The position numbers were made by a program, and so were the translations under genes. Positions 1 through 15,950 of a DNA stretch of 64,000 bases are shown here, piece after piece (position 1 is the stretch's first letter; every line of letters starts with the position of its first letter). Location of the stretch: contig OX597830.1 of NCBI GenBank assembly GCA_951406725.2, positions 67,332,001 to 67,396,000 of the forward strand. The letters run 5' to 3'. The notes below the pieces were generated by a model. It saw nothing but the letters and a program-made list of their open reading frames with translations, had not been told where the DNA came from and did not search any database. The stretch comes from Octopus vulgaris (taxonomy: Eukaryota).

Positions 1-760
1 AATTTCTCCACCTTTTCTGCCATTTTCAGCATATTTCTATTTTCCTCTTTGAAGAATTGCCTCTTTCTGAATTCTCTCTTAATTTCTTAGCTTCCTTTGA
101 TCTTTGTTTATCTCTCAGCCTTCATCTCTAACTAAATCAATCTTTCTGTGCATAAGTTTTCACCTGCCATTTTATTCCTTAAGCCTGGGTTTCTTTTCCA
201 TTGTCTCAATTTCTTTCCATGCAATAACACAACTTTTCTATTCAACGTTCACAGCTAAAGGATAAAGACTTAAATATTCATCTTTATACACATCATGACA
301 ATTCATTTTACTAACCTGGAATTTTACAATCTATTGATTTTGCAGACCAGAACGTCAAGAAATGGCTCAGGTATCTGGTCAGAAACCCAAACAAGTAAGC
401 TTTTATTTTAATCTTAAAATATTCTTGAATAGTTCTGAATTGGGATGAATCATTTCTTGAGAATTTCATCAAAGGATTTGCTTGAAATGAACGCTGTATA
501 TTCTGTTTATGAATAATTTCATAAATTTTCTCACATTGATACGACTGGTTGCTATCATTTATACTGGTAGACCAAGCTATTATTCTCCAGACTGGTAGAG
601 CTATCTGCAATTTTTGAAGAAGGTAGAACTCTATTTTATCTCTTTTTGGTAGATCCAGCTACTAAATTCTATATATTTACTGCAGGCTTCCATTTTGTTA
701 TATTAGTACAGTTAGTGTAGTGGTTTTCATTTTAATATCACTGGGGACAATTTTTAATAC
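1..760 (-). pseudogene. Degraded exon-like segment of unknown product, with paralogs at 36863-37100 and 57351-57612
   Basis: Minus strand has a CAG|GTTAGT donor at 315 and a pyrimidine-rich TTTAG acceptor at 255, defining a 61-nt putative intron. Frames contain stops and no family is recognised. Confidence 0.25.
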
Positions 761-854
761 TAGAAAAACCAGCTTCTATATATCATATAATTAGAGATGG
801 AAAGAATCATTGTATCATATGTTAAACCAGTAGAACCAGTTTCTAATTTCCCCA

Positions 855-1150
<296 letters not shown>

Positions 1151-1228
1151 TGAAAACACAAACATAAAACACAACAACGCGAGGACGTGGAGCATGTAGT
1201 GTATTATTGGACGCCCAGGAAAGAAGGA

Positions 1229-1266
1229 GGGTTTAACGTTTCGAGCGGAGCTCTTCGTCAAAGCCA
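1229..1266 (-). ncRNA. Degenerate minimal type I hammerhead in a PLE-terminus fragment (~1150-1335)
   Basis: Minus strand reads ggctt-TGACGA-a-GAGC tcc GCTC-GAAAC-GT-T-aaacc. C3 is missing or changed. Same family at 37469 and 46725. Confidence 0.55.
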
Positions 1267-1332
1267 TATGAAAAGGAAAGATCCAAAGAAGGGAAGACGG
1301 AGGGAAAAAAATCTCCAACGGTACATACGCGG

Positions 1333-1372
<40 letters not shown>

Positions 1373-1605
1373 TATAATAAACAGGGCAATGGTATAATAA
1401 ACAAGGGTTGATTTTCAACCCTTGTTGCGTTCTCATGAGAGATATCCACATCATTCTGACAGTGTCCAGAGAAACAAGCAGCCAAACCGATTCTATACTC
1501 AACAAATGCTGCAGTTATTCTATATAAGGATCTCTAATTTGCATACCGAAAGTATTTGACACTATAAGTACCAGTGGCCAGTCAGAGGGGAGGTATGTAT
1601 GTTCG

Positions 1606-1641
<36 letters not shown>

Positions 1642-2943
1642 CATAATACACACAATCACATATGCACACAGATGTATATATATGTGTGTGTGTGTATGAG
1701 TGTGCGCGTGTGTGTGTTTCACCGATCACAGGACTTTCGGCTTCATGGAAGAGACTGAATGTTGATCTCAGAATCTTGGACAACATGCAGGAGATTACAT
1801 GGGATCAATATGATTGGCGATATGCACAACTGGATGCTTCACCCAGTTTCCCTCCTTTTCAAGACACTCACCACCACCCATAACCTACCTAACACCAGTT
1901 CTTCCATGCCACTCTTTTTCTACCCAGAATCATTTCACAATTTATCCACCCTTCATCCTTCATTACTGTTCTCTCCACCCATACTTTCAATCCTCGCCCC
2001 TTCCCCAACCCTTCCGTACCTCCAATTTATCTCCCCTCACCCTCCACCACACCACTCACTTTTCCCATACACTGTGCATTCCTCTTTCTCTCCGCCATCC
2101 ACTCCTCCAACCTACCCAACAGCGTGTCATCTCTCTCACTCTTCCTTCTCCTTTTTACAGTATCACCATTTCTTTTCTGTGGTTCTGCATTAAAAGATAT
2201 CCCCTACATTAAAAGACATCCCCTACATTAAAAGATATCATCCTACCCACGTCGTACCGTCAATTTTCACCCTGACACCTCATCACACCTATCTTTTTTT
2301 TAACTCTCCTGCTCCACCTGATCACCTCCATCCTCTCTTCTAAAATACGAAAGGTCACCTTACTCCTTTATAACAGCAAACTCCTGCTGCTCCGACCCTT
2401 TTCTCTCATACTTTACTCCTTTCTACTCCTTCTCCTCTCTTAAACTTGCTCCACCTTGGTGTTTATAATCTTGTAAGAAACATGGTAACCCCACTTGTGC
2501 TGATGGAATGAAAATTACACCCAGATTATGTTGAAATGTGGTAAGCATTAGAAGGGCATTATGGTGTATTAAACATGCCAAAGCACACAGGAGCACGATT
2601 CCAGCCCGGAACAGGATGACTTTGACGATAATGTTGATGCTCATAATGGGGAGAAGGGGGATACAGTATACCACTGTATCGACCAGATTATTAAATGCTG
2701 CTGTACTTCGCTACGTACTGGTCACAGTGAGCTCTTTCTTGATTGCATGATTCTTGTCCATTTTGACCCCAATTTATGAACTAAATCATGTTCCCATAGT
2801 CATAGAGGCCTTCTGTGTGGTCCTGTCCAGTCTGTCGGATATCACTCAGCAGCTGTGTTGGATGGGTGCATCGCCAACAAGGGACGATGGTCAAATGTGT
2901 TGCTATGATTTAGGAGAAATAAACAAGCAACAAAAACATCACT

Positions 2944-2977
<34 letters not shown>

Positions 2978-3171
2978 AAAGAGAAATACAATTTTCACTA
3001 TAAGTGGGTGCGGGGGAGATAGAGAAATGTTATAATATCGGAATTTCAAAGTTTCGTAAAAAGAGGACTGTTTTTTGCACGGAAAAAACATATAAAGGAA
3101 TTAGTTCAACTTACATGAAGACAATTTACCGGGTGTTCTATCGGTATAAACGTCTTCAGCAGCATGTTTCC

Positions 3172-3240
<69 letters not shown>

Positions 3241-3371
3241 AAAATAGTAAAGAGTGAAAAAACGACAGAAGGCTTAAATGTTAAAAAATATATATATTTG
3301 TGTCAAAATGTCTGGAGAATATTGGAAAAATTTTTTCCTTTCCTTAAAATGACATAATTTTATAATTTTTA

Positions 3372-3411
3372 AAGAAATTACCGGTTTCGCGTGTAGCTTT
3401 TCAAATTTCTT
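3372..3411 (-). ncRNA. Minimal type I hammerhead with U3-A8 core
   Basis: AAGAAAT-TTGAAAA-GC tacac GC-GAAA-CCGG-TA-ATTTCTT: 7-bp stem I and palindromic ACCGGT stem III. Confidence 0.75.
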
Positions 3412-3545
3412 GTGACGTTATGTTTATATTGCATGGAGTTATCGTTGTGTTTATTTTCAGGAGATTTCTAAATAAGGGGAGGTAGTGAGTGATTTCTTCC
3501 GGTGTAAGGGAGATAATCGCTTAAAAAACTTTTTCCTTTCCCTTG

Positions 3546-4475
3546 TTAATTTCTCTGTGTCAGTATGTTCGGATGGTTGAGTCTGGGTTTGTACTTTTCA
3601 ATGAAGAATGTTTCCTTGTTCAGTCTCATTTGTGTTGATGATCCGAAAGCACATTGGTAAAATGGGAAGATTAAAAATTGTGGTAGTAGTTGCTTTGCGC
3701 ATTTCTCAATGTGCTCACTAAAAGGTATCATTCTATATTCTGGGAATGCAATCTGTTGTCGATGCAGTGTGCATCTACGCCTGAGTGATAGTCCCGTGGA
3801 ACCCACGTAGTCTTGGTGGCAGCCCGAGCATTTAATGACATAAATTATGTTTTCAGAGGCACAAGTAAAGTTAGATTTGATCTTGAATTTTTGTCCCTCT
3901 TTAAAGAGGAATTCTGATCCTTCTAGCAGGTTAGGGCATGTTGCACAGTTCGATCTACCACATTTTTTTACTTTTGCATCCGTAATTTCAGAAGACAATT
4001 TTGCCTTTGTGAGAATCTTTTTAAGTGATTTAGGCTGTTTGTAGCTTTTAATGATTTGGTGTATGTTTAGAATTTCCTTTAATTTTGGGTTTTTATGAAG
4101 TATTGGTAAATTCTGGGTGATGATGGTGAAGGCTTCTTTGTTTCTGGGGTTGTATGTAGATATGTAAGGTAGTATTTTCGGGGAAGGTGTGTTGTTGTGT
4201 TGAACTTTTCTTAAAGTTTCTATGTTGATTTCTGTTGCACGTCTGATCCCATCCTATATGAGTTGAGCTGGGTAATGTCTGTCAATTAGGGTGTTTTTGA
4301 GTTCTTGCAGTCTAAAGTTCCTGGTATTTTGTTCTGACATTATTGTGCATATCCTTCTTGCAAGGTTGAAGGGGATGTTTGTTTTAGTGTGTCTTGGGTG
4401 GCATGAATTAAAAAGAAGGTATTGTTTGGCGTCTGTGGCTTTGTAAAAAATGTCTGTTTCTATTTTAAGGTTAAT
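3546..4475 (-). pseudogene. PLE thumb, Zn-linker and GIY-YIG endonuclease region
   Basis: TDIFYKATD..YL.FNSCHP..NIP, CxxxxCxxC, YVIKC..C..YVG. Confidence 0.88.
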
Positions 4476-4478
4476 TTT

Positions 4479-5990
4479 TTAAATTAGTATATCCAAGAAC
4501 GGGAGCTCCTTTTGGTTGTATTCCATTGTGAACTGTATATTTGGGTTTATGCTGTTCAATAGGTTTTTAAATTTTAGGAGTTTATCTATGTTTTCATTCC
4601 AGAGAATGAAACAATCGTCTAGGAATCGTTTCCAATTCTCTTTTATGTATTGAGAGAGGGAGTTTCCAAAGATTGATAGAGATTCCTGGTAAATGATTAT
4701 TTCCATGTATCCCATTGTTAAGTTCGCAATGACTGGTGCTGCCCTTGTACCCATAGCAATTCCGGATTTTTGACGGTAAAATGTATTGTCAAACATGAAG
4801 TGGTTATTGTGTAGGATGAATTCAATTGATTTAGTAATGAATTCCTTACTGATCCTTTTTGGTATTTCTTCCGGAAATTGGTCTAACCAGAACTGTATTG
4901 CCTCCAGTCCATAATTATGAGGTATACTGGTATACAAGTTGACTACATCAAATGAAACCAGGATTGTTTCTTCCTTGGTTTTTTTTGGAAGGTGGTTTAA
5001 CATATCTAAGTCATCTCTGATATGGCTATCGACATGTTTAAGGAAGGGTTTCAGGAGGATGTCCATAAGTAGACTTAGTCTGTGTGTTTCACAGGTTGGG
5101 CCAGCTACAATGGGTCGTAGTTTTAGGTCCCCCGGATTAGGTGTGTGTATGTATGTTTTTGGTGATTTTTTAATGGTTTCATTTATAATTTGACTTTTAT
5201 GAATTTTTGGCAGACCATAGAAAAGGCTAGGTTTGCATTTAAAGTTTGTTAGGAAGTCAATCTCTTTGGTTGTCAGTTCCTTTTCATGGGTTTTAATTAG
5301 TGAAGATAGAGTTTTCATTATTTTTTGTGGGGTGTAGTTGGTAATTTTTTCATAATGTAGGTCGTCATCAAGCAAGGAAATTACAAGATTTCTGTAGTAT
5401 GATGTATCCATTATTACAACTGCATTTCCCTTGTCCGCTTCCTTAATGGTTATATCTTCATCATTTTGGAGTTCTATCAGTTCTTTCCATTGTGTAGTGT
5501 TAAAATTTGGGTTAGCTTTCTGTCTATGTATAGTATGGTAGGGGAAGTTCTCAATGTGGTTACAGAATTCGTCAAGATCTTTATTTCTTCCTCTGTGTGG
5601 GATGTGTTCACTTTTGTTCTTGACTAGTGATTCATCTTCAGTATTGAAACTGTTTGATGCTTCTGCTAGTCTTAATTTTCTGCAAAATTCTGTTATATTA
5701 TCCTTGAGTTCATTTAGGTTTGCTCTGCGTGGAGTTGGTGTAAATTTGAGCCCTTTTGCGAGGATATCAATTTTTATGTTAGAAAGAGGTTTGGTTGAAA
5801 GATTGATTATCTTCGGTTTTTCCTTATTACTAGGTTCCAGCCTGTGTCCTGGTGTCCCTGGTCCCTGGCTAAAAAATGTTGGGTGTAATTTTGTTTGTAT
5901 GAGTTGTCTGTGAGGTTGTGTGGTATTTGGTCGGGGGAGTGGTGGTATTGTTGCCTCCGATCGTTGTGTGTGTGTGGGAATCTATGGTTG
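4479..5990 (-). CDS. PLE reverse transcriptase frame (open from 5990, first AUG only at 5411)
   Basis: Manual translation upstream of the ORF-track start gives [21 protein letters not shown] in frame. Confidence 0.85.
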
Positions 5991-6250
5991 TTATTGCTTG
6001 TGGTGTGTGTAAAATTTCTGTATGGGAAATATTTTTGTTTCGAACTTCTTATATGTGGGATGTTGCTTGACATAGTGTTTCTTTGCGTTTGTCTTGTGTT
6101 TAGTGGGGACCAGTAGTTTTGGTTCATGGGGTAGTAGCAATTTGTGTGTGGTGTATTTCTTATCCTAGTGTCGTATTGTGCTGTATGGTGGTTGGGTCTG
6201 GTATTAGGATGTTGTTGGTTTGTTCTGTTTTTGGTGTAATTTCTTTCATA
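5807..6250 (-). CDS. PLE ORF1 C-terminal part (N/H/T/Q-rich), overlapping the RT frame
   Basis: Stop-free from the (TA)n edge to 5807; contains CAT TTT TTA (HFL). Confidence 0.6.
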   Translation of the reverse strand, partial: YERNYTKNRTNQQHPNTRPNHHTAQYDTRIRNTPHTNCYYPMNQNYWSPLNTRQTQRNTMSSNIPHIRSSKQKYFPYRNFTHTTSNNNHRFPHTHNDRRQQYHHSPDQIPHNLTDNSYKQNYTQHFLARDQGHQDTGWNLVIRKNRR

Positions 6251-6958
<708 letters not shown>

Positions 6959-6967
6959 TTTGTTTTG

Positions 6968-8534
<1,567 letters not shown>

Positions 8535-8583
8535 TACGTTTAAATATTTATATATTATAGTACGTTTAAATATTTATATATAT

Positions 8584-9118
8584 AGTCAGGTGGTAACAGC
8601 CACTTCCATTAACACGTAAATAATGAGCGGTGTTCCGCAGGGCACTGTTTTGGGACCACTACTGTTCATAATGGCCCTCTCAGACATGCCCTCAGCCACG
8701 CAGAGAGCCACGATCACAAGTTATGCAGATGATACAAAAGTTTCACAGGCAATGCAGAACCCTGAGGACACTAAGGACCAGCAATGTGAGCTGGACGAAA
8801 TACACAAGTGGGCTGAAAAGAATAGCATGCAGTTCAATGCTGAAAAGTTTCAAGCTTTATACTATCAGCATGCAAAACTGAATGCAATACCCATTGAATA
8901 TATTGGACCCGGAGGGATTGCAATCCCAGAGGCACAATGAGTGCTTGACCTGGGTATTCACATGAGTGATGAAGCGACCTTTCATGTACATGTTGCTAAA
9001 CTGGCAATGAAATGTAGACGGCTGGCTGGATGGATTCTTAGAACCTTCAGAACAAGAGAACAAGAAACCATGATGGTCCTCTGGAAGACACTTGTCCTAA
9101 GCCACTTTGGCTATTGCT
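8584..9118 (+). mobile_element. CR1/L2-type LINE family B, internal RT fragment
   Basis: [15 protein letters not shown]; near-identical inverted copy within 16455-16997. Confidence 0.9.
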
Positions 9119-9146
9119 AGGAGCTACAAGTGGATTTTTTGTGAGT

Positions 9147-9749
9147 AAAATTACATTTAATTCATTAATAGCGAAACAATTGTCCCAAAATAATCTGTAT
9201 TTTTGTTATTTTTTATTTGCCCTGTTCGTGTGAGCTAACAATCGTACTGACTTTCATGGGAAACATGTATTTTTGTGGTTGAAACCTTTTGGATTTACTA
9301 GTGCTAGAGTGAGTCATATAGTGACCACTCTCTTATATTTATTTATATATATATATATATAATATATTATAAAATATTATAATAATCCATATATATATAA
9401 CTATAATAGATATACTATTATATTAGTATATATATATTATATATAATATGCTATTTATTTCTAAATATAGTATTTATATTTCCGTGATTTGCGCGCTATT
9501 ATATTATATATATATCATATATATATATAAAATCTGGCGTATATATATATATATAGTTTATGAGGACTATATATTTTATATAAAATTACATATTCATTAT
9601 AGCGAAACAATTGTCCCAAAATAATATATATTGTATATTTTATTTGCCCTGTTCGTGTGAGCTAACAATATGACTTTCATGGGAAACATGTATTTTTGTG
9701 GTTGATTTTGGATTTACTAGTGCTAGAGTAGTCATATAGTGACCACTCT

Positions 9750-9752
<3 letters not shown>
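9147..9752 (+). repeat. Two ~180-bp direct repeats (9147-9333, 9581-9752), each with GAAACAATTGTC (HHR 3' half)
   Basis: Alignable by eye; same ACAATTGT palindrome as the HHR at 55552. Confidence 0.6.
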
Positions 9753-9789
<37 letters not shown>

Positions 9790-9829
9790 CTATATATATA
9801 TATATATATATATAAATATCTATATATAT

Positions 9830-9923
<94 letters not shown>

Positions 9924-9994
9924 ATATAAATATCTATATATATATATATAAATATCTATATATATATATATATATATAATATCTATATATATAT

Positions 9995-10086
<92 letters not shown>

Positions 10087-10235
10087 CTATATATATATAT
10101 ATATATATAAATATCTATATATATATATATATATATAAATATCTATATATATATATATATATAAATATCTATATATATATATATATATATAAATATCTAT
10201 ATATATATATATATATATATATAAATATCTATATA

Positions 10236-10606
10236 TCTCTCTCTATATAAACGGCAGTTTGTCTGTGTGTGTTTCTGTGTGTCTGTTAGGTTGTACCCTC
10301 ACTCTGACCACGGCTTTCAACCGATTCTGATGAAACTTGACACACACATAGCCCAATGTCATAATTCAAAACTAACGCAGCGAAAATTTTGAAAAGTTCC
10401 CCCAGTTCTGAAAGAAATCGATAAATTCGACATGGGGTCGAGAATCAGAAACACAAACCACAGACTGTCTAGGGGACGCAACTCGACCTTTTTAACTAAA
10501 AAAAATTTTACCATCATTTTTTTCCCATTTTTTGGCTATAACGCTCTAAAAATGCTTTATAGTTATTTCCCTTACAAACCCGAGCAACGCCGGGCGATAC
10601 TGCTAG
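10236..10606 (+). mobile_element. Non-autonomous Helitron, copy 1
   Basis: 5' TC(TA)n start, subterminal hairpin CCCGAGC-AAC-GCCGGG (10579-10594), 3' CTAG followed by T; three copies in the window. Confidence 0.8.
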
Positions 10607-10645
10607 TATATATATATATGTATATAAATATCTATATATATATAG

Positions 10646-11038
10646 GGAATCTGCCGGTATTCCCAACGTGAGAGAACATGTCTACTGAGTGACTGTCCCT
10701 TCACTCATCTTCCAGGGACCCGACGCACAAACAGAAACGGGGCCTCAAGCCAACACACAAACCTGAATAACAATAAAAATAGAAACACACCATGCTGCAG
10801 TAATGCTGGTCCAGTCTTTTCAGGAAGACACAAAAACAACAACAACAAAAGTGGAAACTACAACCCTATCCAACAGTGCAACCACACCTCCAGCCAAAAA
10901 CTGCTCCCTAAGCAGGAAAATTCTTTTTTAGCCATGTTGAACATGGCAAAAGAGATACACAAAAACATTCTAGCCATCACTCAACACCATCCTATGCTAT
11001 TACCCCAGTGCACCAATTCCCCACATTGCTGCCACTAA
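10646..11038 (+). CDS. LINE ORF1 C-terminus with CCCH-type zinc finger
   Basis: Frame 2 is open: GICRYSQRERTCLLSDCPFTHLPGTRR...ENSFLAMLN..., stop at 11036. Confidence 0.7.
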   Translation, partial: GICRYSQRERTCLLSDCPFTHLPGTRRTNRNGASSQHTNLNNNKNRNTPCCSNAGPVFSGRHKNNNNKSGNYNPIQQCNHTSSQKLLPKQENSFLAMLNMAKEIHKNILAITQHHPMLLPQCTNSPHCCH

Positions 11039-14000
11039 CACACACAAAAAGTCCAAGCCCCCTGCAACAGTCAAAACCAGCCACTACACTAACCTCCACA
11101 TTCCTACTCAATGCACAAGGTGTCAGCCCTTCCATCAATGCACAAAAATGGAAGGTCCAATTCATTGAAGACTGGGTTGGTAACCATTCACACCACATCC
11201 CTTTCTTCATTCTCACTGAGACCCACCTTGACAACTCCCACTTGGAAGCCGAAGTGAGAGTGAAGAATTTCACAACCATCCGCGCGGATCGTATCGGCAG
11301 GAGGAAGGGTGGAACTGCCATTTTCCTGCATGATTCATTTACGGCAGATGGAAATAGTATATTCTCCAACGGCTACTGTGAATCAGTCACCGTGCACAAC
11401 AAAGCCAATGATCTGACAGTAATTGGGCTCTATAGGCCGCCCCAAACACCCATACTGTGCTTTAAAGAATGCCTCAACAGCATTAAGTGCTTTATTCAAC
11501 AGTGCCATTCTAGCAACATACTCATGATGGGAGACTTCAATCTACCCTGTGTTGACTGGACTACAAACTGTTTGAAACCAAGCACTCCCGCCTCAACCAC
11601 TGACAAAGAAGCAGCAGAGTCACTTTTCGACTTTACGAATGAGTTTTTCTTGTCCCAACTTGTCCTTGCACCAACAAGACATCAGAACATTTTGGACCTA
11701 GTGTTTAGTAACCACACTAACACTATACATAACGTTACAGTGGAAAAAACCCTTCTTTCAGACCATGACATGGTTCTCTGTAACATGAAATTCCACCAGC
11801 CGAAAGCTAATCCTAGTGACCTTCCTCCAGCCCACCCATTTGACAACATGGATCTCCATAAAGCCAACTGGGATGCAATCAGGAACGAGCTATCAAATGT
11901 TGACTGGTCCTTTACACATACACACATCTCCACCAACCATAAAACATCTTGGCAGATCTTTGTAGACACCGTCACAGACATATGTGCAAAACACTCCCCA
12001 CCAAGACCTGTGAACAAAAAGTGCAGAATCCCCCAAAACAGAAAAACCATTATCAGAAAAATAAAAAGAACAAACAAAAAAATTAACAAACTAAAGTACT
12101 GCCAACAGCAACACACACATTCGACGGCTATCGCACTGCTTGAATCCAAAAAATATAACCTCCAACAATGCATGAAGTCCCTCATCAATAACCAAAGATC
12201 AGCTGAGGAGAAGTGGGCCATTGAAAAAATCAAACTCAACCCCAAAGTGTTCTTTTCATTTGCGAGGAAACGCAGGGTCACTGTCTCCACTGTAGGCCCT
12301 CTAATTGACGAAACTGGCACTCTCCAAGATAATGCCAAATCCATGGCCGAGATACTGCAGAAACAATACTGCTCTGTTTTCAGCAATCCTGATATGGCCG
12401 ATCTGGGCTGTATCAGTGATGTCAACCCCCAACACACTATATCGGACATAACGTTTAGTGCCCCTGATGTCTTAGCGGCGATAAACGAAATAAAACACAA
12501 TTCAGCAGTAGGCCCCGATAGGTTCCCTGCTTGTGTCCTGAAGGTGTGTCGACACCAACTTGCATCTCCCCTTGCTAATCTGTGGAGAAACTCACTGGAT
12601 GCTGGCTATATTCCAAAAACCTTCTGTCCCAGTCTGTTGTCCCAGTTTTCAAAAAGGGAAACAAGTCCCTTGCAGTGAATTACCGTCCGATCTCACTCAC
12701 CTCTCATATCATCAAGGTATTTGAGAGGGTGGTGAGATCTCAAATAACCCAATTTCTGGAAAGCAACAGACGGCTGATCTCCAACCAACATGGGTTCCGT
12801 AATGGAAGGGACTGCCTAACGCAGCTCCTGCATCACTTTGAGGACATTTTGAGAGCTTTGGGAGAGGGCTCCAACACCGATGTCATCTACCTTGATTTCA
12901 GTAAGGCCTTCGACAGGGTCGATCACAAGATCCTATTGAAAAAACTATCCAACATTGGTGTCTCTGGAAAGTTACTGAAATGGATTAAGTGTTTCCTGAC
13001 AGACAGATCTCAACATGTTGTAGTTGAAGGGGTAAAATCAAGCCCAGCCAAAGTCAGTAGTGGCGTTCCGCAAGGCACTGTGCTGGGCCCACTTCTTTTC
13101 ATCATTTACATTAATGACATTAATGACATCATCAAGCACAGCAACATAAAAATCTTTGCAGATGACTCCAAGCTACAGAAGGTCATAAATGAGGCGAGTG
13201 ACCGGACATGCCTTCAGTCAGATCTACTGGCTGTTATCCAATGGGCAGAAAAAAACAATATGCTGCTGAACGAGGATAAATCTGAGTTAATCCACTTTGG
13301 AAAAGAGGATGCCCTGAAACTCCCATACTCCCTTCCTTCAGGTGAAACTCTCGCGGCGTCCAACAACATCAGAGACTTGGGAGTAATTGTGGACAACAAC
13401 GTAAGCTGGGCCACTCATATAAACACCAAAGTTGACATGGCCCGCAGAATGTGTTCCTGGATTCTCAGAACTTTCCAGTCGAGAGATATCCACACCATTA
13501 TCCTTCTCTTCTCCACTTTTGCCCGACCCCACCTTGAATACTGTTGTCCACTGTGGTCTCCCCACACAATACAAGGTATCATAAAAGTCGAAGCACCTCA
13601 AAGGGCAATCACAAAAAAGATAGATGGCATGACAGGCCTCGACTATTGGGGTCGACTAGAAAAGCTAAAACTCTATTCTCTGCAACGTCGTCGTGAGCGC
13701 TACATCATCTGCATGATGTGGAAAATATTCCATCAGCATTGCCCAAATGATGTTGGCATCACCTTTAAGGTACATCCAAGGCTTGGGCCCCGTGCCATCC
13801 GCCCAAAACAAAAATCGCACTCTCATCTCATAACAACAATACGGCACAATTATTTCACCTCAATTGGCCCCGCTCTCTTTAACATTACACCAAAACACAT
13901 TAAAACAGAAACTGACCCTATAGGGTTCAAGAAGTCTTTGGACAGATTCCTTCAAGAAATCCCGGATAAACCCCCTACACCCGGATATGTCTCTGTAAAC

Positions 14001-14042
14001 AATAACTCTCTACTTGAGTGGGCCATAGTGCCCAAATTCTGA
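10924..14042 (+). CDS. LINE ORF2 (APE endonuclease + RT), with one frameshift in an A-run near 12620
   Basis: ORF-track segments 11008-12678 and 12582-14042 join if one A is restored (IPKNLLSQSVVPVFKKG). Confidence 0.88.
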
Positions 14043-14131
14043 CTTGAAAGACTTCACCAGGTGGTGCTATTAAGTTAGACATGGCCTGGGCCAATAATGG
14101 CCGAAACCTATCAAAGTATCAAAGTATCAAT

Positions 14132-15947
<1,816 letters not shown>

Positions 15948-15950
<3 letters not shown>

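Larger units (their letters stand above)
3239..6250 (-). mobile_element. Penelope-like element, Neptune-type (ORF1 + RT + Cys linker + GIY-YIG), 5'-truncated, flanked by (TA)n
   Basis: Motifs IINLS..KGLKFTPTP, ADKG, FYGLPKIHK, LRPIV, SFDVVNLYT, GIAMG, RFLDD, CGRSNCATC, IIY..YVGST. One frameshift (~4475) and one TAG (~4255). Confidence 0.93.
10645..14131 (+). mobile_element. Near full-length CR1/L2-type LINE family A (ORF1 tail + APE + RT + 3' UTR + (TATCAAAG)n tail)
   Basis: APE motifs LTETHL, YRPP, MGDFN, LDL, SDH; RT motifs YRPISLTS, QHGFR, DFSKAFD, GVPQG, FADD. Confidence 0.95.

Noticed and set aside
3120-3170. Minus-strand CTGAAGA..CCGGTA hammerhead-like string (also at 39420)
   Set aside because: No GAAA in position and no convincing stem I or II.
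11682-12500. 272-aa antisense ORF (also 5554-5913 and 22710-23213)
   Set aside because: Shadow ORFs opposite retroelement coding strands, with no recognisable motifs.
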